Below are positions 30,295 through 40,518 of a DNA stretch of 64,000 nucleotides, piece after piece; the stretch's first letter is position 1; every line of letters starts with the position of its first letter. Under the pieces are notes generated by a model. It did no database searches and was not told where the DNA came from. It was given only the letters and a program-made list of their open reading frames with translations. Source of the stretch: a candidate division Kazan bacterium GW2011_GWA1_50_15 (GTDB lineage: Bacteria; Patescibacteriota; Kazan-3B-28); assembly GCA_001029795.1 (NCBI GenBank), contig CP011216.1, positions 499,580-563,579 of the forward strand, written 5' to 3'. Position numbers and translations under genes: made by a program.

Positions 30295-31530
30295 TTAGTC
30301 TGCCGCCGGCCTTGTTTTGGTAGCCACTACCATCATGGCAAAGACTAGCCAAAACAGAGCGGCTAAATCGTTCTTCCAGTATGTAGTATCGATTAAGCCG
30401 TGTCCCAAGATCGCCACCATCGCTGCCACTAGTCCAGTCGTAGTTGGAGTAACCCGGCCGATCGCTCGCCGAAAGAACTTTATCACCAACCAAAGCCAGC
30501 CCACCAACCCAGCTAACCCCGCATTAATCCAAAATTGGAGATAGACGTTGTGAGCGTGAAGGATAGCCATCTCCCATGGAGAGGCGAACAACCGAGTGGC
30601 ATAACTTAGGTACTGATCACGAAACTCGCCCAGCCCGATCCCGGTCAGGGGGTGTTCTTTTATCATTAGGCCGGCGGTCTGCCACACTTGCAGCCGGACA
30701 CTGGCCGACGACCGATCAGTCAGATCGATCATCTGCTGCCACCGCTCAGACCGCCATTGGGTGGCCACCGCAATGATGGGCAGCGCCAAACCCCAAATCC
30801 ATTCCCGCCACCGACGGCGCCAACGGATGACTGCCCAAACCAGCATGGCCATAACTAATGCCAACCAACCGCCGAATGAGAAAGAGAAATAGAGGGCTAG
30901 CCCTCCGAGCCACCAAGCCAAGTAGACCAGCCGGCGCTGCCAGGCCACCCCAGTTTGGACTAAAATAATTCCCAATATCAAAATTGGCACTAAGTACATT
31001 GATAAATAGTTGGCCGAAACAAACCAACCAGAAGCCCGACCATCGACAGTGACAAATCGTTGAGCGGCTGTCTGCGATAGAGCTACCAGCGAAAGGGGAA
31101 TGGTCGATAAAATCAGCGCCAGAATATAGTGGCCCAGATCGCTAGCTCTCAACCAATGTAGGTTCAGCCAGAAAAAGACCAGTGGAACAATAAACCAGCC
31201 TTTGGCGACCCCAAAACTTAGCCTCAAATCCGGCGAGACAGCGACGCCAATAGCCAGCCCAGCCAACAGCAGCCCCCCAGCCCAGCCGAGGGAACGCCAA
31301 ACCTCAGTGAGCGAGCCGCGGGCTCGGCGCCAGTCTAACGCTAATGTCACTATCGCCAGCCCCGCTACTGCCAACTCCCAAAAGTTACTTGGTAGCGGCC
31401 CAAGATCGATCTGCCATAGATAAGCAGGGATGAACAGCCACGCTAACCACAACCCCATTTTGGGCGATTGACGGCTGACCCAGCCAAAGACCAGCACTGC
31501 GATAATAGACAACCAATTAGTCATGCTCAT
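30295..31530 (-). CDS. O-antigen ligase/Wzy_C family membrane protein
   Basis: Polytopic protein with Wzy_C-like loop (HAHNVYLQFWINAGLAGL). Confidence 0.75.
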   Translation of the reverse strand: MSMTNWLSIIAVLVFGWVSRQSPKMGLWLAWLFIPAYLWQIDLGPLPSNFWELAVAGLAIVTLALDWRRARGSLTEVWRSLGWAGGLLLAGLAIGVAVSPDLRLSFGVAKGWFIVPLVFFWLNLHWLRASDLGHYILALILSTIPLSLVALSQTAAQRFVTVDGRASGWFVSANYLSMYLVPILILGIILVQTGVAWQRRLVYLAWWLGGLALYFSFSFGGWLALVMAMLVWAVIRWRRRWREWIWGLALPIIAVATQWRSERWQQMIDLTDRSSASVRLQVWQTAGLMIKEHPLTGIGLGEFRDQYLSYATRLFASPWEMAILHAHNVYLQFWINAGLAGLVGWLWLVIKFFRRAIGRVTPTTTGLVAAMVAILGHGLIDTTYWKNDLAALFWLVFAMMVVATKTRPAAD

Positions 31531-32710
31531 TTAAGCATAACCCAATCATCAACCACCAGGTGGCTAACATGGGCGCGGCTAACCAAGCGTTCACGAACCA
31601 GCTGGCCCCCAGCAGCGCCAGAGTGACACTGGCCAGCGCCGAACCAAAAACCATTTGGTGGTGTGACCAACCTCGCCAAGCGAGCCTTAATACGGCCGCC
31701 ACCCACCATAGCCAAGCCAGTAGCCCCGCCCCTCCAGCCGCAACGGCTATAGTTAGTAAGCTACTGTCAAATCCGCTGCTGGCGCGGTCGGACAACACTT
31801 CAACCCCGGGCGACGCAGCGGCGTATCTGGCCACAGGGATAGCGTTATAGCCCACGCCCAGCCACGGATGAGCCGTAAATAGCTGCCAACCTTCAGACCA
31901 CGACTCCAGACGATATCGGACAGTGGTATCAAGCTGCCAGGCCCCGGTCAATCGGTCTCGGAGACCCGGAATAGCCACCCCCGCCAAAATGATCAGCCCT
32001 AGACCCAACCACAAGACCCGCCTATAACGATACCAGCCTATAACTGCCAAAATGATCAATAGGGCTATGAACGCGCTGCGGGACAGTGTCGCCAAGACCG
32101 AAACTATCAAAAACCCAACTACTAACCAAGTCACAACTCGGTCTCGACGAGTGGCTGCTAGAGGCACGGCTAACAGTGCCAGCCCCACCCCACTGGATAA
32201 AAATATCCCTACCAAATTGGGGTCCAGCCAAGTTGAAACTAGCCGGCCTTGGTGAGGATCCCAACCCAGGTATTCATATATCCTTAGGTCTGGGGTGAGA
32301 CCCAGCTGCAGCCATCCTCCAGCGGCAACCGCCACAAACATCGTTAGCCAGAGCCGGAGGTAGAGAGGTGAACGACCAGATGATAGGTGCGGGTACAAAG
32401 CTATCAGGAGCGTGCCATAAACGACGAACCGGATCAAAAACAATAGAGCTGGCCAGCTAGCCGAGCCGAGAGACGGAGCAGCTACCAGCCAAGACAGGGC
32501 GAATATGCTCATCAGGATTCCCCAAGCCAACATCAACCCCTTGGGTGGCCAGCGAAAGGTTTTTTGGTAGAGAGCGGCCGCCAACGCCACAACTACGGTT
32601 ACTCCCACGATCACATCTAATAGCAGCAGATTCTGGCCAGCGACGTTAAACCGCGCCAGCGGCCCGAGCCCGATCCCAACCAACAGTCCGATCAGTAGCC
32701 ATTTATCCAT
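31517..32710 (-). CDS. O-antigen ligase/Wzy_C family membrane protein (second tandem paralog)
   Basis: Polytopic protein. AHPWLGVGYNAIP-type Wzy_C region. Confidence 0.7.
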   Translation of the reverse strand: MDKWLLIGLLVGIGLGPLARFNVAGQNLLLLDVIVGVTVVVALAAALYQKTFRWPPKGLMLAWGILMSIFALSWLVAAPSLGSASWPALLFLIRFVVYGTLLIALYPHLSSGRSPLYLRLWLTMFVAVAAGGWLQLGLTPDLRIYEYLGWDPHQGRLVSTWLDPNLVGIFLSSGVGLALLAVPLAATRRDRVVTWLVVGFLIVSVLATLSRSAFIALLIILAVIGWYRYRRVLWLGLGLIILAGVAIPGLRDRLTGAWQLDTTVRYRLESWSEGWQLFTAHPWLGVGYNAIPVARYAAASPGVEVLSDRASSGFDSSLLTIAVAAGGAGLLAWLWWVAAVLRLAWRGWSHHQMVFGSALASVTLALLGASWFVNAWLAAPMLATWWLMIGLCLNEHD

Positions 32711-33785
32711 ATCGTTTAACCGCCTCCCAAGTCAGCCTAGCCGTTTGCTGCCAGCTGAATTCGCGCGCTCGGCGTATCCCGGCCTGTTTCAATGTTTCGC
32801 GCATGCCACTAGAACTCAATAGCTGGCTCATGGCGTCAGCCAATGCCGTTATATCCTCGGCTGGGACTAACGCCGCCGCACCATCCACTACTTCCGGCAA
32901 TGACGCTCGGTCACTCACGATCGTGGGGATACCACAGGCCATCGCTTCCAGCGGCGGGATGCCAAACCCTTCATATAAAGATGGGAACACAAATACTGTA
33001 GCCAGATTATAGACTGCCGGTCGATCCCGATCGAGGATGTAGCCTGGGAAGATAACTTTATCATCAGCTCGAGCCAAGACTGGCTCGGACTGCCAGCCCA
33101 CCCCTCCCGCTAGTACCAATTTAACGTCGGGGAATTGTTGGCTAACCACCCCGAAAGCATCGATCAGCCGAGATAGGTTCTTGCGCGGTTCGATGGTCCC
33201 AAGATACAAAATAAATTTTTCAGGTAAGTGGTACTTGGCTCTAGCCGCCGGGTCAGGCAGTAAGGGTTTGAACTGTTCTCCCGCCGCCATCGGCGTAACA
33301 GTGATCTTACCCGGCGCGACCCCAAATAATTCAACGGTTTCCCGTTTGGTAAACTCCGAGATAGCCAACAAGTGTGCTGAGCGGCGGATGGCCCGGCGGG
33401 CCAACAGTTTCTCTAGTCTGACCGCTTTGGATAGATGGGTTTTGGGATAACGCCAAGCAGTGAAGTCAAATAGGGTGGTAACAACTGGTACCGCCCGGCT
33501 GATAGCTGGGATAACAAAACTTTGCGTAGAGAGGTAGACGTCGACGGGCCGATGCCGGAGCCACATCGCCACTTGCCAGTGCCAGAATGGACCAGATGAT
33601 GCAACCATCTTTTGTCGCCAGCGCCCGGGTGGTAACGTAACGGTCTGGCCGGCTTGGGTCAGTAAGGTCATTTCAGAGTCGAACCCTTCAGCCAACCAGG
33701 CTTTGGCCAACTGATAGACATATTCTCCCTTGCCCGCCCGGGTCGATTTGGTCGCTTCTCGGAAATCGATGGCCACGGTTATCAT
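32703..33785 (-). CDS. Glycosyltransferase family 4 (GT4)
   Basis: EGFGIPPLEAMACGIPTIVSD motif. Confidence 0.88.
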   Translation of the reverse strand: MITVAIDFREATKSTRAGKGEYVYQLAKAWLAEGFDSEMTLLTQAGQTVTLPPGRWRQKMVASSGPFWHWQVAMWLRHRPVDVYLSTQSFVIPAISRAVPVVTTLFDFTAWRYPKTHLSKAVRLEKLLARRAIRRSAHLLAISEFTKRETVELFGVAPGKITVTPMAAGEQFKPLLPDPAARAKYHLPEKFILYLGTIEPRKNLSRLIDAFGVVSQQFPDVKLVLAGGVGWQSEPVLARADDKVIFPGYILDRDRPAVYNLATVFVFPSLYEGFGIPPLEAMACGIPTIVSDRASLPEVVDGAAALVPAEDITALADAMSQLLSSSGMRETLKQAGIRRAREFSWQQTARLTWEAVKRYG

Positions 33786-35197
33786 CGGCCGAATAGTTCT
33801 TTAAAGACTTCTTTAGGAACAGCTCGCGTCGTCACCAACACCAACCCGTAGCTCACCACCCCCGCGCCTAAGTTAATCAGAATATTAGCCGATCCCAACC
33901 ACCAAAGCAGACCACCCATCACAACCGCGCCCAGTATGGCTTTCAAGAATACGTCCCACTGAGGAGTAAATCGCAACTCTTTGTAGACCACCACAGCCAC
34001 ATAAATAACCACCAGTAGTTCCGTGGCCACCGTGGTGGCCGCCGCCCCCATATATGAATAGCGGGGGATAAATATCCAGTTGGTGACAATATTGAATATG
34101 GTTGCCAGCAGATATGGCCAAACCAAAATGCTCTGCCGGCCTGCCGCGATCACACTGTAGTTCAATGTCGCGCCCACGAACGACAGGGCGGCGGCCCAGA
34201 TCAGCAATTTAAGCGGGGCTCCTGACACGGCGAAGTCGGCCCCAGCGATCGCTGTCATCAGCGGGGTCGCTACCATCATAGTGCCGATCGCTAGCGGCCA
34301 GGCTACCAAACTCATGGCGTCAAAGGCTTTGCGGAAAACTCGCATAGCTCGCTCTCGGCTCTCGGTAAGCGCCTGAGTGATAACTGGAAAGACCGAGCTC
34401 ATAAAGATAGTGGGGATAGTGAGCAGCACCTCGATAACCTTGTACGGCGCTCCATAGATCCCAACAGCATAGCTGTCTTTCATCATCGACAGCATAACTG
34501 TATCGACTTTGAAGTAAATCATCGCCACCACAGTTACCACCCCTAACGGCCAGGCTTCCCGCAGGAATTTAAACCAGTAAATGAAGTCCCAGCGCGGGGT
34601 CAGCGAGGCTAATGGCATGGCCCAAGCCCACTGCCCGACTAGGGCTAGAATGTTCGCGGCGGCTGTCACCCACAGAACTCCGATCAAACCAAGATCGTTT
34701 TTCACCGCCCACAAGATCAGTCCCAAATACACCGTGCGAGTTATTATGTTGGCGATGGCGACCTTTCGCATTTGCAGCCGTGCTTGGAACAGACTGATCG
34801 GCACTTGTAAGAGAGCCAGCGCGGTTTGGGATAGCACACCAATTAAGACGCCTTGCTGGACCGTGGTATCTGAGTAGATGGCTGTGGCTAGAATGTACCC
34901 CACGCCAAAGACCACCAGGCTCAAGGCGATCTTTAGCCCCATAACATTGCCAAGGACATAACTTTCTCTGCCGGGGTGCCGGGTAACCTCTCTCACTTGA
35001 AGTAAGAAAAATCCAAAATCAACAGCCACGCCCAGAAGCGCTAGGTAGGCAAAAATCAGAGTGTATTGACCGTAGCCGCTTACTCCCAAATATCGGGTAA
35101 GGTAGGCGATGGCCACCAGGGATATGGCCGTTATGATAACTCGCGAAATAACTTGGACTACCGTATTGTAGGCGACCTTCTTGGTAGCGCTAGACAT
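33782..35197 (-). CDS. Oligosaccharide flippase (Wzx/MOP superfamily polysaccharide biosynthesis protein)
   Basis: About 12-14 TM helices. N-terminal Wzx-like region (VAYNTVVQVISRVI...). Confidence 0.8.
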   Translation of the reverse strand: MSSATKKVAYNTVVQVISRVIITAISLVAIAYLTRYLGVSGYGQYTLIFAYLALLGVAVDFGFFLLQVREVTRHPGRESYVLGNVMGLKIALSLVVFGVGYILATAIYSDTTVQQGVLIGVLSQTALALLQVPISLFQARLQMRKVAIANIITRTVYLGLILWAVKNDLGLIGVLWVTAAANILALVGQWAWAMPLASLTPRWDFIYWFKFLREAWPLGVVTVVAMIYFKVDTVMLSMMKDSYAVGIYGAPYKVIEVLLTIPTIFMSSVFPVITQALTESRERAMRVFRKAFDAMSLVAWPLAIGTMMVATPLMTAIAGADFAVSGAPLKLLIWAAALSFVGATLNYSVIAAGRQSILVWPYLLATIFNIVTNWIFIPRYSYMGAAATTVATELLVVIYVAVVVYKELRFTPQWDVFLKAILGAVVMGGLLWWLGSANILINLGAGVVSYGLVLVTTRAVPKEVFKELFGR

Positions 35198-35783
35198 GCT
35201 TAGTTTCGATTACTGCCATGTATTGGATCGTAGTTCTCGGCAGGTACCACTTCGGAAAAAGTTTTTGCGAGTAATACCCGCTAGTGACTATCCGGTATGG
35301 GCTGAGGACCCGCCCCCACTGGGCTGCGGTCATCAATCTTTCGTTGCCGAAGTCTCGGCGAGGATAGCGGTAGTTCGGCACCGAGAACACTACCCGGTCG
35401 GCTACTCGCAACTGTTCATCGAGAATTTCGTGGATCTCTTTATCAGAAAAGTGCTCCAATAATCCTTGGTGGAACACAAGATCGAACGATTTGTCAGGGT
35501 AGGGCAAATGCCGGGTATCGGCCACGGCGAATTTAACTCGGCCATTAAATCGGGCCGATTCCGTCTCGGCTTTGGCTACTACCTTAGGGTCGACATCAAT
35601 GCCGGTTACATCTAAACCCAACCACGAGAAAAACGTGCTCATCGCCCCACTCCCGACGCCCGCCTCCAAGAGCCGGTGCGCGCCCGATCCGACTATCGCA
35701 TCCAAAAACTCCTTCTGCCCGTACAGATTACTCACTAGTCCCGTAAGGGTTAGGGGGGCTTGATAATATTTGTCCCAGTTCAT
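35190..35783 (-). CDS. Class I SAM-dependent methyltransferase
   Basis: LEAGVGSG SAM-binding motif and MTase fold. Confidence 0.8.
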   Translation of the reverse strand: MNWDKYYQAPLTLTGLVSNLYGQKEFLDAIVGSGAHRLLEAGVGSGAMSTFFSWLGLDVTGIDVDPKVVAKAETESARFNGRVKFAVADTRHLPYPDKSFDLVFHQGLLEHFSDKEIHEILDEQLRVADRVVFSVPNYRYPRRDFGNERLMTAAQWGRVLSPYRIVTSGYYSQKLFPKWYLPRTTIQYMAVIETKHV

Positions 35784-35785
35784 GC

Positions 35786-36250
35786 TCAGGCCGGTTTCAC
35801 CACTACGCGGCGCCCGGGGCCGACCCCGGTACTTTCACTAGTTACTTTCGGATTATCAACTAGTGCCAGGTGGATCAACCGCCGTTCAAACGAAGACATG
35901 GGCGGTAGATATACCGCTGTGCCAGTGGCCTCGGTCTGGGCCGCCGCATCGCGTGCGACCTTCAACAGACGCTCACGCTGGAGTTCGTGGAATCCACCGA
36001 TGTTCAGCGATAGGTTAATGGTTTGGTCGGGGAAATCATTTCTCACCATCAACCGCAAGAGGTGCTGCAGAGCCAACAGCGGATCCGGCGAGTGGGAGAT
36101 AAATAGTTCGTCCTGGCCGGTTTTAACGTCAACTATCAGCGTGTCGTCCTCTGTCGCCATAGTGATTTGGGGCTGCAGCCCGAATGGCTGCAGCAACTCC
36201 ACTAGCCGTGCGCTGATCTTATCCTTAATTGCTGTCGGAGACGTTGCCAT
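35786..36250 (-). CDS. khpB: RNA-binding protein Jag/KhpB (KH + R3H domains)
   Basis: R3H motif SFERRLIHLAL. Conserved position downstream of yidC. Confidence 0.85.
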   Translation of the reverse strand: MATSPTAIKDKISARLVELLQPFGLQPQITMATEDDTLIVDVKTGQDELFISHSPDPLLALQHLLRLMVRNDFPDQTINLSLNIGGFHELQRERLLKVARDAAAQTEATGTAVYLPPMSSFERRLIHLALVDNPKVTSESTGVGPGRRVVVKPA

Positions 36251-37034
36251 GATGGGTGGTTTGGATAACGGCTCGTTCCTCGCGGGCGAACGACCGATAG
36301 ATTATTATTTGTTGGACAGCCATCGCAATAGTTGTGGTAGCCCAGTACAGCCCGAGAGCCGAAGGCAGGGTCAAGGCGATCCCAAAGGTCATGACTGGGA
36401 AAAGATAGAGCATCGCTTGATTGGTCATTTTTTGTGGACCAGCTACCTGCGACTTGGCGGTATATCTGAGGGTTAACCAGCTTTGGCCCAGTTGGGCCAA
36501 CCCAGCCAGTACCGCTAAGTATATATTACGCGATGTCAAATCGACCATCAGGGGGGTCACCCCGGTGAACTGCAAGAATATAGTATGAAGCTCGACCGGG
36601 GGATGAGGGAACCAGCCATAAAGATGGATTAGGCTTTCGGTATTGAGTCCTGCCCAGAACACTCGGTAGAGCGCTAGCAGAATAGGTAGCTGGATGATCA
36701 GCGGTAAACAACTGCCGAATAAGTTGATCTTATGCTCTTTATAGATCTTCATGATCTCCTCGGACTGGCGCTTCTGATCATCTTTATATTCGATCTTGAT
36801 TTTGTCGATGTATGGCTGAACTTTTTGAATATCATGCTGGGACTTCAGACTGTTCCGGTAGGACGGCTGGAGAATAAGCCGGATCAAAATGGTTAGCGCG
36901 ATAATGGCCAACCCCAAGTCGTTACCGGGGATGTACACATACAACAACACCAAAATGTTAAGAAGCGGCACGTATAAGAGCTTGCCGATCCATCCACCCC
37001 ACATCGCATCGGTGATCTGTAACTTATTGTTCAT
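36225..37034 (-). CDS. yidC: Membrane protein insertase YidC/Oxa1 family
   Basis: Short Gram-positive-type YidC with conserved TM core. Confidence 0.9.
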   Translation of the reverse strand: MNNKLQITDAMWGGWIGKLLYVPLLNILVLLYVYIPGNDLGLAIIALTILIRLILQPSYRNSLKSQHDIQKVQPYIDKIKIEYKDDQKRQSEEIMKIYKEHKINLFGSCLPLIIQLPILLALYRVFWAGLNTESLIHLYGWFPHPPVELHTIFLQFTGVTPLMVDLTSRNIYLAVLAGLAQLGQSWLTLRYTAKSQVAGPQKMTNQAMLYLFPVMTFGIALTLPSALGLYWATTTIAMAVQQIIIYRSFAREERAVIQTTHHGNVSDSN

Positions 37035-37283
37035 TTAGTTCACCTCAGGGTTTAATACAGGATCGATGCCAGGAACCGCCCAGGGGTGGCACCGTGACAC
37101 GCGAGCCACACCCAAGAACAGTCCTTTCACTACACCATGCTGTCGGATCGATTCTTTGATATATGCGCTACAGGTGGGGTGGTACCGGCAGTAGCCATAC
37201 GGATATCGAAATTTGAACCATCCGTGGTCGGGGGATAGAGTTCTTTGATAAAGCGTGATGAGTAAAACTATTAGTCGCGTCAT
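37035..37283 (-). CDS. yidD: Membrane protein insertion efficiency factor YidD
   Basis: YHPTCSAY...CHPW motif. Confidence 0.9.
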   Translation of the reverse strand: MTRLIVLLITLYQRTLSPDHGWFKFRYPYGYCRYHPTCSAYIKESIRQHGVVKGLFLGVARVSRCHPWAVPGIDPVLNPEVN

Positions 37284-37585
37284 TTGATCTGTTGTAGTAT
37301 CCTGCCCAAATCGGCTTTAAGCTGCTGGAAGGTCAGTTCTAAAATTGGCTTACGTCCGACCACTACTAGCCCGACACCGCGGAGGTGAGCTTGCGACAGA
37401 ACGCTCCGGATCCGACGTCTGATCAGATTGCGGACGGTAGCGCGCTTATCGACTTTTTGCCCCACCACGATCCGCGGGGCTAAGGGGACAGTTAAGGGCA
37501 GCCAGTACACCGAAAATCCGGGCCGATGCACACGCCGCCCCCGGCGCATCACACTATCCAATGGGTCGACAACGGGTTTGGCCAT
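37280..37585 (-). CDS. rnpA: Ribonuclease P protein component
   Basis: RnpA-like basic protein downstream of rpmH. Confidence 0.88.
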   Translation of the reverse strand: MAKPVVDPLDSVMRRGRRVHRPGFSVYWLPLTVPLAPRIVVGQKVDKRATVRNLIRRRIRSVLSQAHLRGVGLVVVGRKPILELTFQQLKADLGRILQQIK

Positions 37586-37593
37586 ACGACCAC

Positions 37594-37728
37594 CTAGGCG
37601 CTTAAACGTTTACGCCCCTTGAGCCGACGACGCTTTAAAACTGCCCGACCATCTTTGGTCGACATCCTTTGGCGGAATCCGTGAACCTTCTGGCGTTTGC
37701 GCTTTTTGGGCTGGTAAGTCCTTTTCAT
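37594..37728 (-). CDS. rpmH: 50S ribosomal protein L34 (44 aa; absent from the ORF track because shorter than 60 aa)
   Basis: Manual minus-strand translation: [44 protein letters not shown]. Confidence 0.93.
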   Translation of the reverse strand: MKRTYQPKKRKRQKVHGFRQRMSTKDGRAVLKRRRLKGRKRLSA

Positions 37729-37858
37729 AGGAGATTTTTACCTATCCAGTATAGCGATTGCCGCTACCCGTGGCAATGGAGGAGTCAGACGAGTACACAA
37801 ATGGGGATAACTCTGGTAAATTGAAGTGTGCGTACCGGGGGAGTAATCAAGTTCGGCT
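37729..37858. other. oriC-proximal region (rpmH-dnaA intergenic) with a DnaA-box-like tGGGGATAA at 37802-37810
   Basis: Conserved rpmH/dnaA synteny. Strand switch of gene orientation at this point. Confidence 0.6.
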
Positions 37859-39226
37859 ATGGACGACAAAGAGCGGTTATGGCGGTCGGTGCTGGGGGAG
37901 ATCGAAGTCGGCATGAGCCCGGCTAATTTCCAGACTTGGTTCAAAAATACTTCTCTAGACGACATCCAGGAAGATAAGGGAGTGGTGATCATCCGTGTCC
38001 CCAACGACTTCACCAAGGGCTGGCTGCAGCAAAAATATCAAAAAGAGATCCACCGCTGCCTCAACAAACACCTAGGGCGAGTGGTGGCGGTGCAGTATGT
38101 AGTGGGAACCAAAAAGCTGGCCGCGGTGGCCGGCAGCTCATCTGCGACCCAATTACCCCCCACGATTAAACCCCTCGCCGAGGAGACAACTGAGTTGCCG
38201 GCCGAAGGGCTGAACCCTCGGTTTACCTTTAATAGTTTTGTGGTGGGCGAGAATAGCAAGCTGTGTTACGCCGCAGCTGAATCGGTGGCCAAACAGCCCG
38301 GGGTCAACTACAACCCCCTCTTTATCTACGGGGGGGTGGGGCTAGGCAAAACCCATCTCCTGCAGGCAATTGGCAACGAGATCCTAAAAAACAACCCCAA
38401 AGCCAAGATTTGCTACATCACTTCAGAGCGGTTCACTAACGAGATGGTCGACGCCATCCGCCAGAAAGAGACTAAGGGGTTTAAGGACAAGTACCGCCGG
38501 CTGGACTGCCTGCTGATCGACGATATCCAGTTCGTCTCCGGTAAAGAACAGACTCAAGAAGAGTTCTTCCACACCTTTAATACCCTATACAATGCCGGCA
38601 AGCAGATAGTTTTGACCTCAGACCGGCCGCCTAAAGCCATCCCCGCCCTGGAGGAGCGGCTGCGGTCCAGGTTCGAGTGGGGAATGACGGCAGACATCTC
38701 GGTACCATCGTACGAGACCCGGTTAGCCATTCTGCAGTCTAAACTAGAAGCCCATAAAAAAGAGGTGCTACCGGAGATATTGGAGTACATCGCCAAATCG
38801 GTTAAAAACAATGTCCGGGAGCTAGAGGGCGCTCTCACCCGTACCCTGGCTTTCGCCGATCTGAACAACACCCAACCCAGTCTGGAAGATGCCAAAAATC
38901 TCTTGGGTGGGATTTTGAACGGACCTGGGCGAAAGGTGGTCCGGCCATCCGAGATCATCCGGGTGGTGGCTAATCACTTCAACCTCAAGCGAGATGAGCT
39001 ATGCGGCAGAAAACGGACCAAAGAAATCGTAGTCCCGCGGCAGATCCTAACCTATCTGTTACGAGAGGAATTGGCCATGCCCTATACCCAGATCGGTCAC
39101 GAGATCAGCCGGGATCACACCACTGTTATCCATGACTACAACAAGATTAAGGACGTAATCCTTCACAACGAGTCTCTCGACCAAGAAATTGTCCAAATTA
39201 AAAACAAACTTTACGCTGTGGACTAG
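37859..39226 (+). CDS. dnaA: Chromosomal replication initiator DnaA
   Basis: AAA+ Walker A GGVGLGKTHL and C-terminal DNA-binding domain. Confidence 0.97.
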   Translation: MDDKERLWRSVLGEIEVGMSPANFQTWFKNTSLDDIQEDKGVVIIRVPNDFTKGWLQQKYQKEIHRCLNKHLGRVVAVQYVVGTKKLAAVAGSSSATQLPPTIKPLAEETTELPAEGLNPRFTFNSFVVGENSKLCYAAAESVAKQPGVNYNPLFIYGGVGLGKTHLLQAIGNEILKNNPKAKICYITSERFTNEMVDAIRQKETKGFKDKYRRLDCLLIDDIQFVSGKEQTQEEFFHTFNTLYNAGKQIVLTSDRPPKAIPALEERLRSRFEWGMTADISVPSYETRLAILQSKLEAHKKEVLPEILEYIAKSVKNNVRELEGALTRTLAFADLNNTQPSLEDAKNLLGGILNGPGRKVVRPSEIIRVVANHFNLKRDELCGRKRTKEIVVPRQILTYLLREELAMPYTQIGHEISRDHTTVIHDYNKIKDVILHNESLDQEIVQIKNKLYAVD

Positions 39227-39386
39227 TGGGGATTACCCCTGGGAGGGGAGAAGTTATCCACAGCTTATCCCCAACTTAGCCCCAATCCACCCACAAAGCG
39301 GTTTTTAAAAAACCACCTCCACAAACTATAATTTAAGTAGTCCCCAAAACCAACAACTCTATAATCACTACTAATTCTCTACTCTT
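39227..39386. other. Putative oriC core (dnaA-dnaN intergenic): clustered DnaA boxes plus AT-rich unwinding element
   Basis: Perfect TTATCCACA at 39254-39262, TTATCCCCA at 39266-39274, ATCCACCCA and an inverted TGGGGATTA nearby. AT-rich 39300-39386. Confidence 0.7.
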
Positions 39387-40514
39387 ATGAATGAAGAAAT
39401 TTCTATAAAAGAGGGTGTGGATATCTCAGTTTCTGTGGTGCTGGATAAAATCAAAGGAGCTCTACAGGGAGTAGAACGAGTGGTGAGTAGCCGGAGTACT
39501 TTACCCATTTTGAATAATGTATTGATCAGGACATCAAAGAATGGGGTTGAGGTTATGGCAACGGATTTGGAAATTGGACTCAGGTTTTTCTTGGGTGGGA
39601 AAGTAGAGCGAGAGGGGGTGATCACGGTTCCAGGGAGGACGCTGGTTAGTTTGGTGAATAGTCTACACGGCGACACGTTATCTTTAGAGAGTAAGGGAAA
39701 TATTTTACAGGTGTCCTGCGGGGAAACTAGAGCGAGTATTAATGGAATGCCCGCCGATGATTTCCCGGTCATTCCCGAGGTAGAGGGTGGGAAGGTGGTT
39801 AAGGTTAAATCCGAACAATTTAAAAACCTTCTGTCTCAAGTTGATTTTGCGGCTTCTGGTGAAGATTCTCGGCCAGTGTTGACCGGGGTATACCTTATTT
39901 ATGACGGGGGTACGTTGACGGCGGTAGCTACTGATAGTTATCGGTTGTCGGAGGCGATGGCCAAAGATAAGCTCGGTGAAGACTTCAATGTTATTATCCC
40001 AGCTAGGACTTTGCAGGAGGTGCGCCGGCTAGTTGGAGAAGCGGCCGAGTTTGAGTTGCGGATCGGTGAAAACCAGATCATGGTAATAACTGACAGCGCT
40101 ACCTTGGTTTCTAGGATCATTGAGGGTGAGTATCCTAACTACAAACAGATCATCCCGCCAACTAGCGAGACCACGATCGAGATGGATGTGCAGGAGTTTA
40201 GCGATGCCATCAAAACTGCGGCTATTTTTTCCATGGAGGGTTCGAACACGGTGCGGCTGAATGTAGCGGCGAGTGGACTGGTTGAGGTGGTATCGGAGTC
40301 GTCTCAAGTTGGGAACTTTACTTCCAAGCTCAAAGCTGAGGTGAAAGGCCCGGGCGGCGAAATATCCTTCAACGCCAAGTATCTGCTGGATGGGATGAAT
40401 AGTTTTGACACTCCTAGATTCACGCTTGGTATGACTGGTAAAACCGCAGCTGGGGTATTCCGCCCGAGTGGGGTAGAGGATCGGCTTTACTTAGTGATGC
40501 CCTTGAGGAGCTAG
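39387..40514 (+). CDS. dnaN: DNA polymerase III beta sliding clamp
   Basis: Three-domain DnaN. Position after dnaA. Confidence 0.93.
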   Translation: MNEEISIKEGVDISVSVVLDKIKGALQGVERVVSSRSTLPILNNVLIRTSKNGVEVMATDLEIGLRFFLGGKVEREGVITVPGRTLVSLVNSLHGDTLSLESKGNILQVSCGETRASINGMPADDFPVIPEVEGGKVVKVKSEQFKNLLSQVDFAASGEDSRPVLTGVYLIYDGGTLTAVATDSYRLSEAMAKDKLGEDFNVIIPARTLQEVRRLVGEAAEFELRIGENQIMVITDSATLVSRIIEGEYPNYKQIIPPTSETTIEMDVQEFSDAIKTAAIFSMEGSNTVRLNVAASGLVEVVSESSQVGNFTSKLKAEVKGPGGEISFNAKYLLDGMNSFDTPRFTLGMTGKTAAGVFRPSGVEDRLYLVMPLRS

Positions 40515-40518
40515 TCTA

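Noticed and set aside
35760-36476. 238-aa plus-strand ORF opposite jag/yidC
   Set aside because: Antisense to two conserved genes with clear homology. Spurious.
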